Shown: piece by piece, positions 9,029 to 18,807 of the stretch
Position numbering within the stretch: the first letter of the stretch is position 1
How the letters are laid out: each line of letters starts with the position of its first letter
DNA from: Synechocystis sp. PCC 6803 substr. PCC-P
Lineage (GTDB): Bacteria; Cyanobacteriota; Cyanobacteriia; Cyanobacteriales; Microcystaceae
Length of the DNA: 32,000 bases
Direction: 5' to 3'
NCBI RefSeq assembly: GCF_000284455.1
Contig: NC_017039.1
Span: forward strand, 2,880,001-2,912,000
Made by a program: the position numbers and the translations under genes
Notes under the pieces: generated by a model
What the model was told of the DNA's origin: nothing
Seen by the model: the letters and a program-made list of their open reading frames with translations, nothing else
The model's database searches: none

Positions 9029-10840
9029 CTACCAAGTATCGTGATTGGTGACCGTTGCTTGCAATTTTTCCAACACTTCCGTTACAGGAATTTCCCCCAA
9101 TTCCCCCGAAGCCCTGGTGCGGATATTGAGGGCATTAGCTTCCACTTCCTTCGCTCCAATTACCGCCATAACCGGGATTTTTTGCTTCTCCGCATTGCGG
9201 ATCATTTTTCCTAGGCGATCGCCACTGGTATCCACTTCGGCCCGTAAACCCAAAGATTGCATTTGTTGGACAATGGATTGGGCAAAGGGTAAAAACTCAT
9301 CACTCACCGCCAGTAAGCGAACTTGAATGGGAGCTAACCAGAGGGGAAAATCCCCCGCATACTCTTCAATTAAAATGCCGATTAACCTTTCCAAGGAACC
9401 GAAGGGGGCCCGGTGAATCATTACAGGGCGTTGGCGGGAACCATCGGCGGCAATGTACTCCAAATCAAACCTTTCTGGTAAGTTGTAATCCACCTGCACG
9501 GTGCCCAGTTGCCATTCCCGTTCCAGGGCGTCTTGGAAAATGAAATCTAGTTTGGGGCCGTAGAAAGCCGCTTCCCCTGGGGCTTCAAAATAATCCATCT
9601 CTAATTCCTGCACCGCCCGACGGATAGCTCCCTGGGCCTTTTCCCAAGCTTCATCGGAGCCAATGTATTTGTCGGATTCTGGATCCCGGAAAGAGAGGCG
9701 GGCTTTAAAGTTTTTCAGTTGCAAACTTTTAAACACGGTCAGAATCAGATCCACTACGCTCAAAAATTCCTCGTCTAACTGATCTGGAGTAACGAATAAA
9801 TGGGAATCGTCCACCGTAAAGCCCCGCACCCTGGTTAATCCCCCCAGTTCCCCCGATTGCTCGTAGCGATAAACAGTACCAAATTCCGCTAACCGTAGGG
9901 GCAAATCCCGATAGGAGCGCAGTTCACTCTTGTAAATTTGAATGTGGAAAGGGCAGTTCATCGGTTTAAGCACAAAGCCCATTTCCTGCGCCGCTTCCTC
10001 GGGAGATTCCGCCATCATGGGGAACATATCTTCCTGGTATTTCTGCCAATGCCCCGATTGTTTAAATAGATCTACCCGGGCGATGTGGGGGGTAACCACG
10101 GGCAAATAACCCCTTTTAATTTGTTCTTGCTTGAGAAAATCCTCCAAAATGGTGCGGATAATGGTCCCCTTGGGAGTCCAGAGGGGTAAACCGGGGCCCA
10201 CTGGGTCAGCAAAAATAAATAGCCCCAATTCTTTGCCTAATTTACGGTGATCTCTTTTGAGAGCTTCTTCCTTGCGCCGTTGGTATTCCGCCAATTGTTC
10301 CGGGGTTTCCCAAGCAGTACCGTAAATCCGTTGGAGCTGAGCTTTGTTGGCATCCCCCCGCCAGTAGGCCCCGGCCACACTTTCTAAGGCGATCGCCTTG
10401 GGATTAATGTCCGCCGTGGATTCCAAATGGGGCCCAGCACAAAGATCCCACCATTGATCCCCCAGATGGTAAACGGTGATGGGTTCGTGGATGCTGTCGA
10501 GGATTTCTAATTTGTAGGGTTCTTGGATGGATTCAATTCTTTGTTTAGCCTCTTCCCGACTAATTTCTTCTCGAATTACTGGCAATTTTTTATTGATGAT
10601 TTTCACCATCTCTTTTTTGATGGCCTTTAAATCTGCCTCTGTAAACGGTTCTGCCACATCAAAATCGTAGTAAAACCCCGTTTCCGTCCAGGGACCAATG
10701 GTCACTTGGGCTTTGGGAAAAAGTTTCTGCACCGCCATGGCCATGACGTGGGAAGTGGTGTGGCGGATTTTTTTTAGTTGCTCCGACTCACTGGTACGGG
10801 GAAGGGCAATGGTATCGGGGGAAACTACGGTTTTGGCCAT
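9029..10840 (-). CDS. thrS: Threonyl-tRNA synthetase
   Basis: HTTSHVMAMAVQKLFP, class II core motifs (MNCPFHIQIY, FGTVYRYEQSGELGGLTRVRGFTVDDSHLF, HRAPFGSLERLIGILIE) and a C-terminal anticodon-binding domain. Confidence 0.97.
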   Translation of the reverse strand: MAKTVVSPDTIALPRTSESEQLKKIRHTTSHVMAMAVQKLFPKAQVTIGPWTETGFYYDFDVAEPFTEADLKAIKKEMVKIINKKLPVIREEISREEAKQRIESIQEPYKLEILDSIHEPITVYHLGDQWWDLCAGPHLESTADINPKAIALESVAGAYWRGDANKAQLQRIYGTAWETPEQLAEYQRRKEEALKRDHRKLGKELGLFIFADPVGPGLPLWTPKGTIIRTILEDFLKQEQIKRGYLPVVTPHIARVDLFKQSGHWQKYQEDMFPMMAESPEEAAQEMGFVLKPMNCPFHIQIYKSELRSYRDLPLRLAEFGTVYRYEQSGELGGLTRVRGFTVDDSHLFVTPDQLDEEFLSVVDLILTVFKSLQLKNFKARLSFRDPESDKYIGSDEAWEKAQGAIRRAVQELEMDYFEAPGEAAFYGPKLDFIFQDALEREWQLGTVQVDYNLPERFDLEYIAADGSRQRPVMIHRAPFGSLERLIGILIEEYAGDFPLWLAPIQVRLLAVSDEFLPFAQSIVQQMQSLGLRAEVDTSGDRLGKMIRNAEKQKIPVMAVIGAKEVEANALNIRTRASGELGEIPVTEVLEKLQATVTNHDTW

Positions 10841-11011
10841 GGATTGTGTTTACAAAAAGTTTTCAGACGAAGGAATTCAGCCCTTTCCCATGATACTTGA
10901 TCCGCTCCCGCCCCCCACTGGGTTGAAGGTTAGACCCATGCTGCTGGTCGAAATCTGGCCCATGGGAACAGGTTATAATCCAAGGCGTTTTCCTTCATCT
11001 CTGGTTTTGTC

Positions 11012-12607
11012 GTGCCCTACGCCATTGATTTTGGTACTACCAATACCGTCATTGCTCGCTGGAATGAAGCAACCCGTCAGGGAAATTTAATTGACCTCCC
11101 CTCCCTGAGCCATCCCCTGGGGGATAGTGGCCCTTTGGTTCCCAGTTTGCTATATGTGGAAAATGCCGCCCTCGGCCAAGTGGCGATCGCCAGGGAAGTG
11201 CTGGATCGGGGCAGGGATATTTCTACGGATACCAGGTTTTTTAAGAACTTTAAGCGGGGCATTGGGGTGGCAGTGCAGGGATTTTTGCCCCAATTGGATG
11301 GCCATACCTTGTCCTTAGAGACATTGGGGCAGTGGTATTTAGATAAATTGATCCGAATATTGACAGAGCAGGAGGGTCAAGGGCCGGATTGTTTGGCTTT
11401 AACGGTGCCGGTGGATAGCTTTGAATCCTATCGCCATTGGCTGAGTCACACCTGTCGCAGTTGGGGAGTGGAAGAAGTACGCCTGGTGGATGAACCGACC
11501 GCCGCCGCATTGGGTTACGGAGTGGGGGATGCCAGTCAAATCTTGGTGTTGGATTTTGGTGGGGGAACGGTGGATTTTTCCTGGGTGCAATTGGGGGACA
11601 GAGGACAAAAGGGTCGTTCGGGATTTTTGCTCAAATGGGGCGGTATTCTTGGGGGTTCTAAAGCGGAGGAAAAATCAGCCCTGGCCAAGGTATTGGCGAA
11701 AGCGGGGGCCAATTTGGGCGGGAGTGACATCGATTATTGGATTAGTGAATATTTCACCGAGGCTCAGGGTTTACAGGTTTCCCCCTGGATTAGACGATTA
11801 GCGGAAAGATTGAAAATTGCCCTAGGGGAAGCGGAAGAAGCCACAGAGGTTTACTTCGACGATCAAGCCCTGGAATCCTATGAATTTCAACTACGGCGAT
11901 CGGACTTAACAGAAATTTTGCAACAACGGCAATTTTTTGAACGATTAACAGCCCTGTGGGAACAGGTTCAGCAAACGGCCCAACGGCGAGGTTTGACTCC
12001 CGCTAACCTGGATGCAGTGTTGGTGGTGGGGGGCACCAGTCAATTGCCCATGGTGCAGGATTGGATTAACGCCCAATTTCCCGCCGGTAAAATTCGCAAT
12101 CAACAACCCTTTGGGGCGATCGCCTTGGGAGCGTTGCAAATTTACCAAGGCCGTGAGGTGCAGGATTATCTCTACCATAGCTACGGAGTTAGGTATTGGA
12201 ATCGGCGTAAAAATAGCCATAATTGGCACCCAATTATTAAAAATGGGCAAACCTACCCCATGGCCGAACCCATTGAATTAACCCTAGGCGCTTCCTTGGA
12301 TAATCAGCCCAGCATTGAATTAATTGTGGGGGAACTAGGTTCCAGCATTGGGGCTACGGAAGTTTACTTTGACGGTAATCAGTTAATTACCAGGGTTTTA
12401 GAAAATCAAGCATTCACGGTCCAACCCCTCAATGACCGCAATGGGGCCCGACAAATTGCCCAACTTTCTCCCCCTGGGGTGCCCGGTGGCGATCGCATCA
12501 AGGTCAAATTTTGGGTAGATGACCAGCGCTACCTGCGTCTGACGGTGGAGGATTTGTTGCAGCAAAAGCTGTTACTGGAAAATCAAGTGGTAGCCCAGTT
12601 GCGTTAG
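11012..12607 (+). CDS. Hsp70/DnaK-like protein, short form (531 aa)
   Basis: AIDFGTTNTVIARW, DEPTAAALGYGVG, LVLDFGGGTVDFSW, VLVVGGTSQLPMVQ. The C-terminus is much shorter than in canonical DnaK; GTG start. Confidence 0.88.
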   Translation: MPYAIDFGTTNTVIARWNEATRQGNLIDLPSLSHPLGDSGPLVPSLLYVENAALGQVAIAREVLDRGRDISTDTRFFKNFKRGIGVAVQGFLPQLDGHTLSLETLGQWYLDKLIRILTEQEGQGPDCLALTVPVDSFESYRHWLSHTCRSWGVEEVRLVDEPTAAALGYGVGDASQILVLDFGGGTVDFSWVQLGDRGQKGRSGFLLKWGGILGGSKAEEKSALAKVLAKAGANLGGSDIDYWISEYFTEAQGLQVSPWIRRLAERLKIALGEAEEATEVYFDDQALESYEFQLRRSDLTEILQQRQFFERLTALWEQVQQTAQRRGLTPANLDAVLVVGGTSQLPMVQDWINAQFPAGKIRNQQPFGAIALGALQIYQGREVQDYLYHSYGVRYWNRRKNSHNWHPIIKNGQTYPMAEPIELTLGASLDNQPSIELIVGELGSSIGATEVYFDGNQLITRVLENQAFTVQPLNDRNGARQIAQLSPPGVPGGDRIKVKFWVDDQRYLRLTVEDLLQQKLLLENQVVAQLR

Positions 12608-12773
12608 TTTTTCTACCAAAAAGAATATTTACCGGGAAGTATTAATTAACTTCCATCGCCGGGGATTAGTGGAGCACGATCCTCATCAATACCTTGCCCA
12701 GGGAAAAATTCATTCCAGGCGATCGCCACGGTCAGGATAAAATGTTCTACCCGAAGTCGAGGCCAATTTTTTT

Positions 12774-14402
12774 ATGATCACCACCGATGTTGTCATTATT
12801 GGGGCGGGGCACAATGGCTTAGTCTGTGCAGCCTATTTGCTCCAACGGGGCTTGGGGGTGACGTTACTAGAAAAGCGGGAAGTACCAGGGGGGGCGGCCA
12901 CCACAGAAGCTCTCATGCCGGAGCTATCCCCCCAGTTTCGCTTTAACCGCTGTGCCATTGACCACGAATTTATCTTTCTGGGGCCGGTGTTGCAGGAGCT
13001 AAATTTAGCCCAGTATGGTTTGGAATATTTATTTTGTGACCCCAGTGTTTTTTGTCCGGGGCTGGATGGCCAAGCTTTTATGAGCTACCGTTCCCTAGAA
13101 AAAACCTGTGCCCACATTGCCACCTATAGCCCCCGAGATGCGGAAAAATATCGGCAATTTGTCAATTATTGGACGGATTTGCTCAACGCTGTCCAGCCTG
13201 CTTTTAATGCTCCGCCCCAGGCTTTACTAGATTTAGCCCTGAACTATGGTTGGGAAAACTTAAAATCCGTGCTGGCGATCGCCGGGTCGAAAACCAAGGC
13301 GTTGGATTTTATCCGCACTATGATCGGCTCCCCGGAAGATGTGCTCAATGAATGGTTCGACAGCGAACGGGTTAAAGCTCCTTTAGCTAGACTATGTTCG
13401 GAAATTGGCGCTCCCCCATCCCAAAAGGGTAGTAGCTCCGGCATGATGATGGTGGCCATGCGGCATTTGGAGGGAATTGCCAGACCAAAAGGAGGCACTG
13501 GAGCCCTCACAGAAGCCTTGGTGAAGTTAGTGCAAGCCCAAGGGGGAAAAATCCTCACTGACCAAACCGTCAAACGGGTATTGGTGGAAAACAACCAGGC
13601 GATCGGGGTGGAGGTAGCTAACGGAGAACAGTACCGGGCCAAAAAAGGCGTGATTTCTAACATCGATGCCCGCCGTTTATTTTTGCAATTGGTGGAACCG
13701 GGGGCCCTAGCCAAGGTGAATCAAAACCTAGGGGAACGACTGGAACGGCGCACTGTGAACAATAACGAAGCCATTTTAAAAATCGATTGTGCCCTCTCCG
13801 GTTTACCCCACTTCACTGCCATGGCCGGGCCGGAGGATCTAACGGGAACTATTTTGATTGCCGACTCGGTACGCCATGTCGAGGAAGCCCACGCCCTCAT
13901 TGCCTTGGGGCAAATTCCCGATGCTAATCCGTCTTTATATTTGGATATTCCCACTGTATTGGACCCCACCATGGCCCCCCCTGGGCAGCACACCCTCTGG
14001 ATCGAATTTTTTGCCCCCTACCGCATCGCCGGGTTGGAAGGGACAGGGTTAATGGGCACAGGTTGGACCGATGAGTTAAAGGAAAAAGTGGCGGATCGGG
14101 TGATTGATAAATTAACGGACTATGCCCCTAACCTAAAATCTCTGATCATTGGTCGCCGAGTGGAAAGTCCCGCCGAACTGGCCCAACGGCTGGGAAGTTA
14201 CAACGGCAATGTCTATCATCTGGATATGAGTTTGGACCAAATGATGTTCCTCCGGCCTCTACCGGAAATTGCCAACTACCAAACCCCCATCAAAAATCTT
14301 TACTTAACAGGGGCGGGTACCCATCCCGGTGGCTCCATATCAGGTATGCCCGGTAGAAATTGCGCTCGGGTCTTTTTAAAACAACAACGTCGTTTTTGGT
14401 AA
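12774..14402 (+). CDS. crtO: CrtO-type beta-carotene ketolase (phytoene desaturase-like flavoprotein)
   Basis: N-terminal dinucleotide-binding motif VVIIGAGHNGLVCAAYLLQRGLGVTLLEKREVPGGAATTE and C-terminal NLYLTGAGTHPGGSISGMPGRNCA. Position matches slr0088. Confidence 0.9.
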   Translation: MITTDVVIIGAGHNGLVCAAYLLQRGLGVTLLEKREVPGGAATTEALMPELSPQFRFNRCAIDHEFIFLGPVLQELNLAQYGLEYLFCDPSVFCPGLDGQAFMSYRSLEKTCAHIATYSPRDAEKYRQFVNYWTDLLNAVQPAFNAPPQALLDLALNYGWENLKSVLAIAGSKTKALDFIRTMIGSPEDVLNEWFDSERVKAPLARLCSEIGAPPSQKGSSSGMMMVAMRHLEGIARPKGGTGALTEALVKLVQAQGGKILTDQTVKRVLVENNQAIGVEVANGEQYRAKKGVISNIDARRLFLQLVEPGALAKVNQNLGERLERRTVNNNEAILKIDCALSGLPHFTAMAGPEDLTGTILIADSVRHVEEAHALIALGQIPDANPSLYLDIPTVLDPTMAPPGQHTLWIEFFAPYRIAGLEGTGLMGTGWTDELKEKVADRVIDKLTDYAPNLKSLIIGRRVESPAELAQRLGSYNGNVYHLDMSLDQMMFLRPLPEIANYQTPIKNLYLTGAGTHPGGSISGMPGRNCARVFLKQQRRFW

Positions 14403-14484
14403 AGCAGAAAGCCTAAATCAACATACTAAAAAATGCCTATGGTTCATCATCGGGGTGTATGGCAAGTGAAGCTCAAAATGATAA

Positions 14485-15438
14485 ATGGTTTACCATGTTA
14501 GGCCTAAGCACGCCCTGTTCTTAGCATTCTATTGTTATTTCTCTTTGCTTACCATGGCCAGCGCCACCATTGCCAGTGCAGACCTCTACGAAAAAATTAA
14601 AAATTTCTACGACGACTCCAGCGGTCTCTGGGAAGACGTTTGGGGTGAGCATATGCACCACGGCTACTACGGTCCCCACGGCACCTATCGGATCGATCGC
14701 CGCCAGGCTCAAATTGATCTGATCAAAGAACTATTGGCCTGGGCAGTGCCCCAAAATAGCGCCAAACCACGAAAAATTCTCGATTTAGGCTGTGGCATTG
14801 GCGGCAGTAGTTTGTACTTGGCCCAGCAACACCAAGCAGAAGTGATGGGGGCTAGTCTTTCCCCAGTGCAGGTGGAACGGGCGGGGGAAAGGGCCAGGGC
14901 CCTGGGGTTGGGCTCAACCTGCCAGTTTCAGGTGGCCAATGCCTTGGATTTGCCCTTTGCTTCCGATTCCTTTGACTGGGTTTGGTCGTTGGAAAGTGGG
15001 GAGCACATGCCCAACAAAGCTCAGTTTTTACAAGAAGCTTGGCGGGTACTTAAACCAGGTGGCCGTCTGATTTTAGCGACCTGGTGTCATCGTCCCATTG
15101 ATCCCGGCAATGGCCCCCTGACTGCCGATGAACGTCGCCATCTCCAAGCCATCTATGACGTTTACTGTTTGCCCTATGTGGTTTCCCTGCCGGACTACGA
15201 GGCGATCGCCAGGGAATGTGGGTTTGGGGAAATTAAGACTGCCGATTGGTCAGTGGCGGTGGCACCTTTTTGGGACCGGGTGATTGAGTCTGCGTTCGAT
15301 CCCCGGGTGTTGTGGGCCTTGGGGCAAGCGGGGCCAAAAATTATCAATGCCGCCCTGTGTTTACGATTAATGAAATGGGGCTATGAACGGGGATTAGTGC
15401 GTTTTGGCTTATTAACGGGGATAAAGCCTTTAGTTTGA
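14485..15438 (+). CDS. Gamma-tocopherol methyltransferase
   Basis: SAM methyltransferase motifs ILDLGCGIGGSSLYLA, MGASLSPVQVERA, DWVWSLESGEHMPNK, LATWCHRP, with a hydrophobic N-terminus. Adjacent to HPPD; matches slr0089. Confidence 0.9.
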   Translation: MVYHVRPKHALFLAFYCYFSLLTMASATIASADLYEKIKNFYDDSSGLWEDVWGEHMHHGYYGPHGTYRIDRRQAQIDLIKELLAWAVPQNSAKPRKILDLGCGIGGSSLYLAQQHQAEVMGASLSPVQVERAGERARALGLGSTCQFQVANALDLPFASDSFDWVWSLESGEHMPNKAQFLQEAWRVLKPGGRLILATWCHRPIDPGNGPLTADERRHLQAIYDVYCLPYVVSLPDYEAIARECGFGEIKTADWSVAVAPFWDRVIESAFDPRVLWALGQAGPKIINAALCLRLMKWGYERGLVRFGLLTGIKPLV

Positions 15439-15461
15439 AGTCCACAATCTCCTAGGTAATT

Positions 15462-16481
15462 ATGGAATTCGACTATCTTCATTTATACGTTGACGATTAT
15501 CAGTCAGCTCATCGTTGTTATCAACGTCAATGGGGTTTCACTTGCGTAAATAAAATTATTACTGACCAAGGAATTACTGGCATCTACCAACAGGGGCAAA
15601 TACTTCTGCTAATTTCGGCATCGGAATCTAGTTTGAGTAGATATGCCGACTATCTCCAGAAACATCCCCCCGGCGTAGGTGAAGTCGCTTGGCAGGTGGC
15701 CAATTGGCAAAAAATTCAGCATCAATTATCAGAATTACAGATAGAAACCACACCAGTTATTCATCCTCTGACTAAAGCAGAAGGATTAACTTTTTTGCTC
15801 TGGGGAGATGTGCACCATAGCATTTATCCTGTTCGTTCTGAGCTAAATCAGAATAAAACATTGCATGGTGTTGGTTTAACGACCATCGACCATGTGGTGC
15901 TAAACATTGCCGCCGATCAATTTACCCAGGCTTCCCAATGGTATCAACAGGTGTTTGGCTGGTCGGTGCAGCAGAGTTTTACTGTCAATACGCCCCATTC
16001 TGGTCTGTATAGCGAAGCCCTGGCCAGTGCCAATGGGAAAGTCCAATTTAACCTCAATTGTCCCACCAATAACAGTTCCCAAATTCAAACTTTTTTAGCC
16101 AATAACCATGGGGCTGGTATTCAACATGTCGCTTTTTCCACTACGAGTATTACGCGAACTGTGGCTCATCTGCGGGAAAGGGGCGTAAATTTTTTAAAAA
16201 TCCCCACTGGCTATTATCAACAGCAAAGAAACAGTAGCTATTTTAATTATGCAAGTTTGGATTGGGATACCTTACAGTGCCTAGAAATTTTGCTGGATGA
16301 TCAAGATAATACGGGGGAGCGATTACTGCTACAAATTTTTAGTCAGCCTTGCTATGGAGTAGGCACTCTATTTTGGGAAATTATTGAACGCCGCCACCGG
16401 GCAAAAGGATTTGGTCAAGGAAACTTTCAAGCTCTCTATGAAGCGGTGGAGACTTTAGAAAAACAGTTAGAAGTGCCATAA
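15462..16481 (+). CDS. hppD: 4-hydroxyphenylpyruvate dioxygenase (HPPD)
   Basis: Vicinal oxygen chelate repeats, TTIDHVVLN and GIQHVAFST metal ligands, and C-terminal LFWEIIERR...GFGQGNFQALYEAVE. Confidence 0.92.
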   Translation: MEFDYLHLYVDDYQSAHRCYQRQWGFTCVNKIITDQGITGIYQQGQILLLISASESSLSRYADYLQKHPPGVGEVAWQVANWQKIQHQLSELQIETTPVIHPLTKAEGLTFLLWGDVHHSIYPVRSELNQNKTLHGVGLTTIDHVVLNIAADQFTQASQWYQQVFGWSVQQSFTVNTPHSGLYSEALASANGKVQFNLNCPTNNSSQIQTFLANNHGAGIQHVAFSTTSITRTVAHLRERGVNFLKIPTGYYQQQRNSSYFNYASLDWDTLQCLEILLDDQDNTGERLLLQIFSQPCYGVGTLFWEIIERRHRAKGFGQGNFQALYEAVETLEKQLEVP

Positions 16482-16509
16482 TAACTTGGGTTAGGTTATC
16501 AATAACTTG
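16480..16509. repeat. Direct repeat AATAACTTG (16480-16488 and 16501-16509), 21 bp start to start, upstream of the aldehyde dehydrogenase gene
   Basis: Two identical 9-mers read directly in the sequence. Confidence 0.6.
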
Positions 16510-16537
16510 TGTGCGTTACTAAAGCATAATTAACATT

Positions 16538-17908
16538 ATGAATACTGCTAAAACTGTTGTTGCTGAGCAAAGGGACTTTTTTCGTCAGGGCAAAACTAAA
16601 TCAGTCCAAGATAGATTAACAGCTCTAGCAAAATTAAAAACGCAAATTCAAGCCCAGGAAGAGGAAATTATTAAGGCCCTTAAGCAAGATTTTGGTAAGC
16701 CCACCTTTGAAAGCTATGTAAACGAAATTTTGGGGGTAATTAGGGAAATTAATTATTATCAAAAACATCTTCAGCAATGGTCTAAGCCCCAACGGGTAGG
16801 TACGAATCTGATGGTTTTTCCTGCCAGTGCCCAGTTAAGACCAGAACCCCTTGGTGTAGTGCTAATTATTAGCCCCTGGAATTATCCTTTTTATCTTTGT
16901 TTAATGCCCTTGATCGGGGCGATCGCCGCTGGAAATTGTGTGGTGGTAAAGCCGTCGGAATATACTCCAGCTATTAGTGGGGTAATTACCAGATTAATCC
17001 AAAATGTATTTTCCCCGGCTTGGGCAACAGTGGTGGAGGGAGATGAAACCATTAGCCAACAATTGTTACAGGAAAAATTTGACCATATTTTCTTTACCGG
17101 CAGCCCTAGGGTGGGTCGGTTAATTATGGCAGCTGCGGCAGAGCAATTAACCCCAGTTACGTTGGAATTGGGGGGTAAATCTCCCTGTGTGGTGGATAGG
17201 GAAATCAACCTCCAGGAAACAGCCAAACGCATTATGTGGGGCAAGCTAGTCAATGCTGGCCAAACCTGTGTGGCACCGGATTATTTATTGGTGGAGCAAT
17301 CCTGCTTAGAACAACTTTTACCAGCTTTACAACAGGCAATTCAGATGCTTTTCGGGGAAAATCCAGCCCATAGCCCTGACTACACTCGCATTGTTAACCA
17401 ACAACAATGGTCACGGTTAGTTAGTTTATTAAGCCATGGCAAAGTAATTACAAGGGGAGATCATAACGAAGGCGATCGCTACATTGCCCCAACTTTAATC
17501 ATCGATCCAGATTTAAATTCTCCCTTAATGCAAGAGGAAATATTTGGCCCAATTTTGCCAATTTTAACTTATCAGAGTTTGTCAGAAGCAATAGATTTTA
17601 TTAACATCAAACCTAAACCATTGGCACTTTATTTTTTTAGCAATAATCGGCAAAAACAGGAGGAAATTTTGCAATCTACCAGTTCCGGTAGTGTTTGTTT
17701 GAACGATATTTTGCTTCATTTAACTGTGACAGACTTACCCTTTGGTGGGGTGGGAGAAAGTGGTATGGGACGCTACCATGGCAAGGCTACTTTTGACACA
17801 TTGAGCAATTATAAAAGCATTTTACGACGACCCTTTTGGGGGGAAACTAATTTACGCTATTCTCCCTATGGCAAAAAAATGAATTTAATCAAAAAGTTGT
17901 TCTCCTAG
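16538..17908 (+). CDS. Aldehyde dehydrogenase (fatty aldehyde/apocarotenal type, slr0091-like)
   Basis: ISPWNYPFYLCLMPLIGAIAAGNCVVVKPSE, FTGSPRVGR, VTLELGGKSPCVV, NAGQTCVAPDYLLV, EEIFGPILPI, LPFGGVGESGMGRYHG, with a C-terminal extension. Confidence 0.95.
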   Translation: MNTAKTVVAEQRDFFRQGKTKSVQDRLTALAKLKTQIQAQEEEIIKALKQDFGKPTFESYVNEILGVIREINYYQKHLQQWSKPQRVGTNLMVFPASAQLRPEPLGVVLIISPWNYPFYLCLMPLIGAIAAGNCVVVKPSEYTPAISGVITRLIQNVFSPAWATVVEGDETISQQLLQEKFDHIFFTGSPRVGRLIMAAAAEQLTPVTLELGGKSPCVVDREINLQETAKRIMWGKLVNAGQTCVAPDYLLVEQSCLEQLLPALQQAIQMLFGENPAHSPDYTRIVNQQQWSRLVSLLSHGKVITRGDHNEGDRYIAPTLIIDPDLNSPLMQEEIFGPILPILTYQSLSEAIDFINIKPKPLALYFFSNNRQKQEEILQSTSSGSVCLNDILLHLTVTDLPFGGVGESGMGRYHGKATFDTLSNYKSILRRPFWGETNLRYSPYGKKMNLIKKLFS

Positions 17909-17916
17909 GATTATTC

Positions 17917-18690
17917 ATGGCCGACCGTCCCCAGTTGAGTATTATTATTCCCGTGTTTAATGAAGCAAAAATTTTACAAAAGTCTCCGACTGAAAATACC
18001 AGACAATATTTGGGACAATTTACCGAGGATCAACGGATAGAAATTTTAATTATTGATGGGGGCAGTCAGGATAGCACAGTGGAGTTATGCCAGACCTATG
18101 CTGATTCTTTACCTTTACACGTTTTTATTAGTCCCCAAACAGGGCGGGCTAACCAAATGAATTATGGTGCTAGTTTATCTAGGAGTGAATGGTTATTATT
18201 TTTACATTTAGATAGTATTTTGCCCCATGACTTTTTTACTCAAATTGCTGAGATATTAACCAATTCTAGTTACATAGCCGGAGCTTTTGGTTTAACTATT
18301 GATCTCCCCGGTAGACCCTATCGTTGGCTAGAAAAATTAATTCTTTGGCGCTCCATTTACGCCCAAAAACCCTATGGCGATCAAGGTTTATTTATCCAAC
18401 GGCAAGATTTTCAACAGTTGGGAGGGTTTGCTGATTTGCCCATTATGGAAGATTACCAATTTATGCAAAAACTGGGAAAACAACGGGGCAAGGTGGCGAT
18501 CGCCGGGGGCAAAGTGATTACATCTGGACGGCGGTGGCAAAAGCTGGGGCTACTGCGGACTACGGCCATTAACCAGCTGGTGGTGGCGGGCTATCATCTG
18601 GGGGTTTCTCCCCAAACCTTGGTCCATTGGTATCGGGGGGCAAAACCGAATCGGGGGAACCGGCCAAACTCCGACGGGACTTCTTGTTAG
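17917..18690 (+). CDS. Family 2 glycosyltransferase (TIGR04283-like)
   Basis: LSIIIPVFNEAKIL, ILIIDGGSQDSTVELC, GRANQMNYGASLSRSEWLLFLHLDS, DQGLFIQRQDFQQLGGFADLPIMEDYQF. Confidence 0.85.
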   Translation: MADRPQLSIIIPVFNEAKILQKSPTENTRQYLGQFTEDQRIEILIIDGGSQDSTVELCQTYADSLPLHVFISPQTGRANQMNYGASLSRSEWLLFLHLDSILPHDFFTQIAEILTNSSYIAGAFGLTIDLPGRPYRWLEKLILWRSIYAQKPYGDQGLFIQRQDFQQLGGFADLPIMEDYQFMQKLGKQRGKVAIAGGKVITSGRRWQKLGLLRTTAINQLVVAGYHLGVSPQTLVHWYRGAKPNRGNRPNSDGTSC

Positions 18691-18807
18691 AGTAAGTTAG
18701 TTAGGGGTAAGGCTGGGGCAGTTTGATCAACTCCATAGCCGGTTTGGATAAACTTTTCCTGGCTTTGCTCCAGGGCGGCAGTTTCAGGTCACAGGAGGGA
18801 CACTTGT

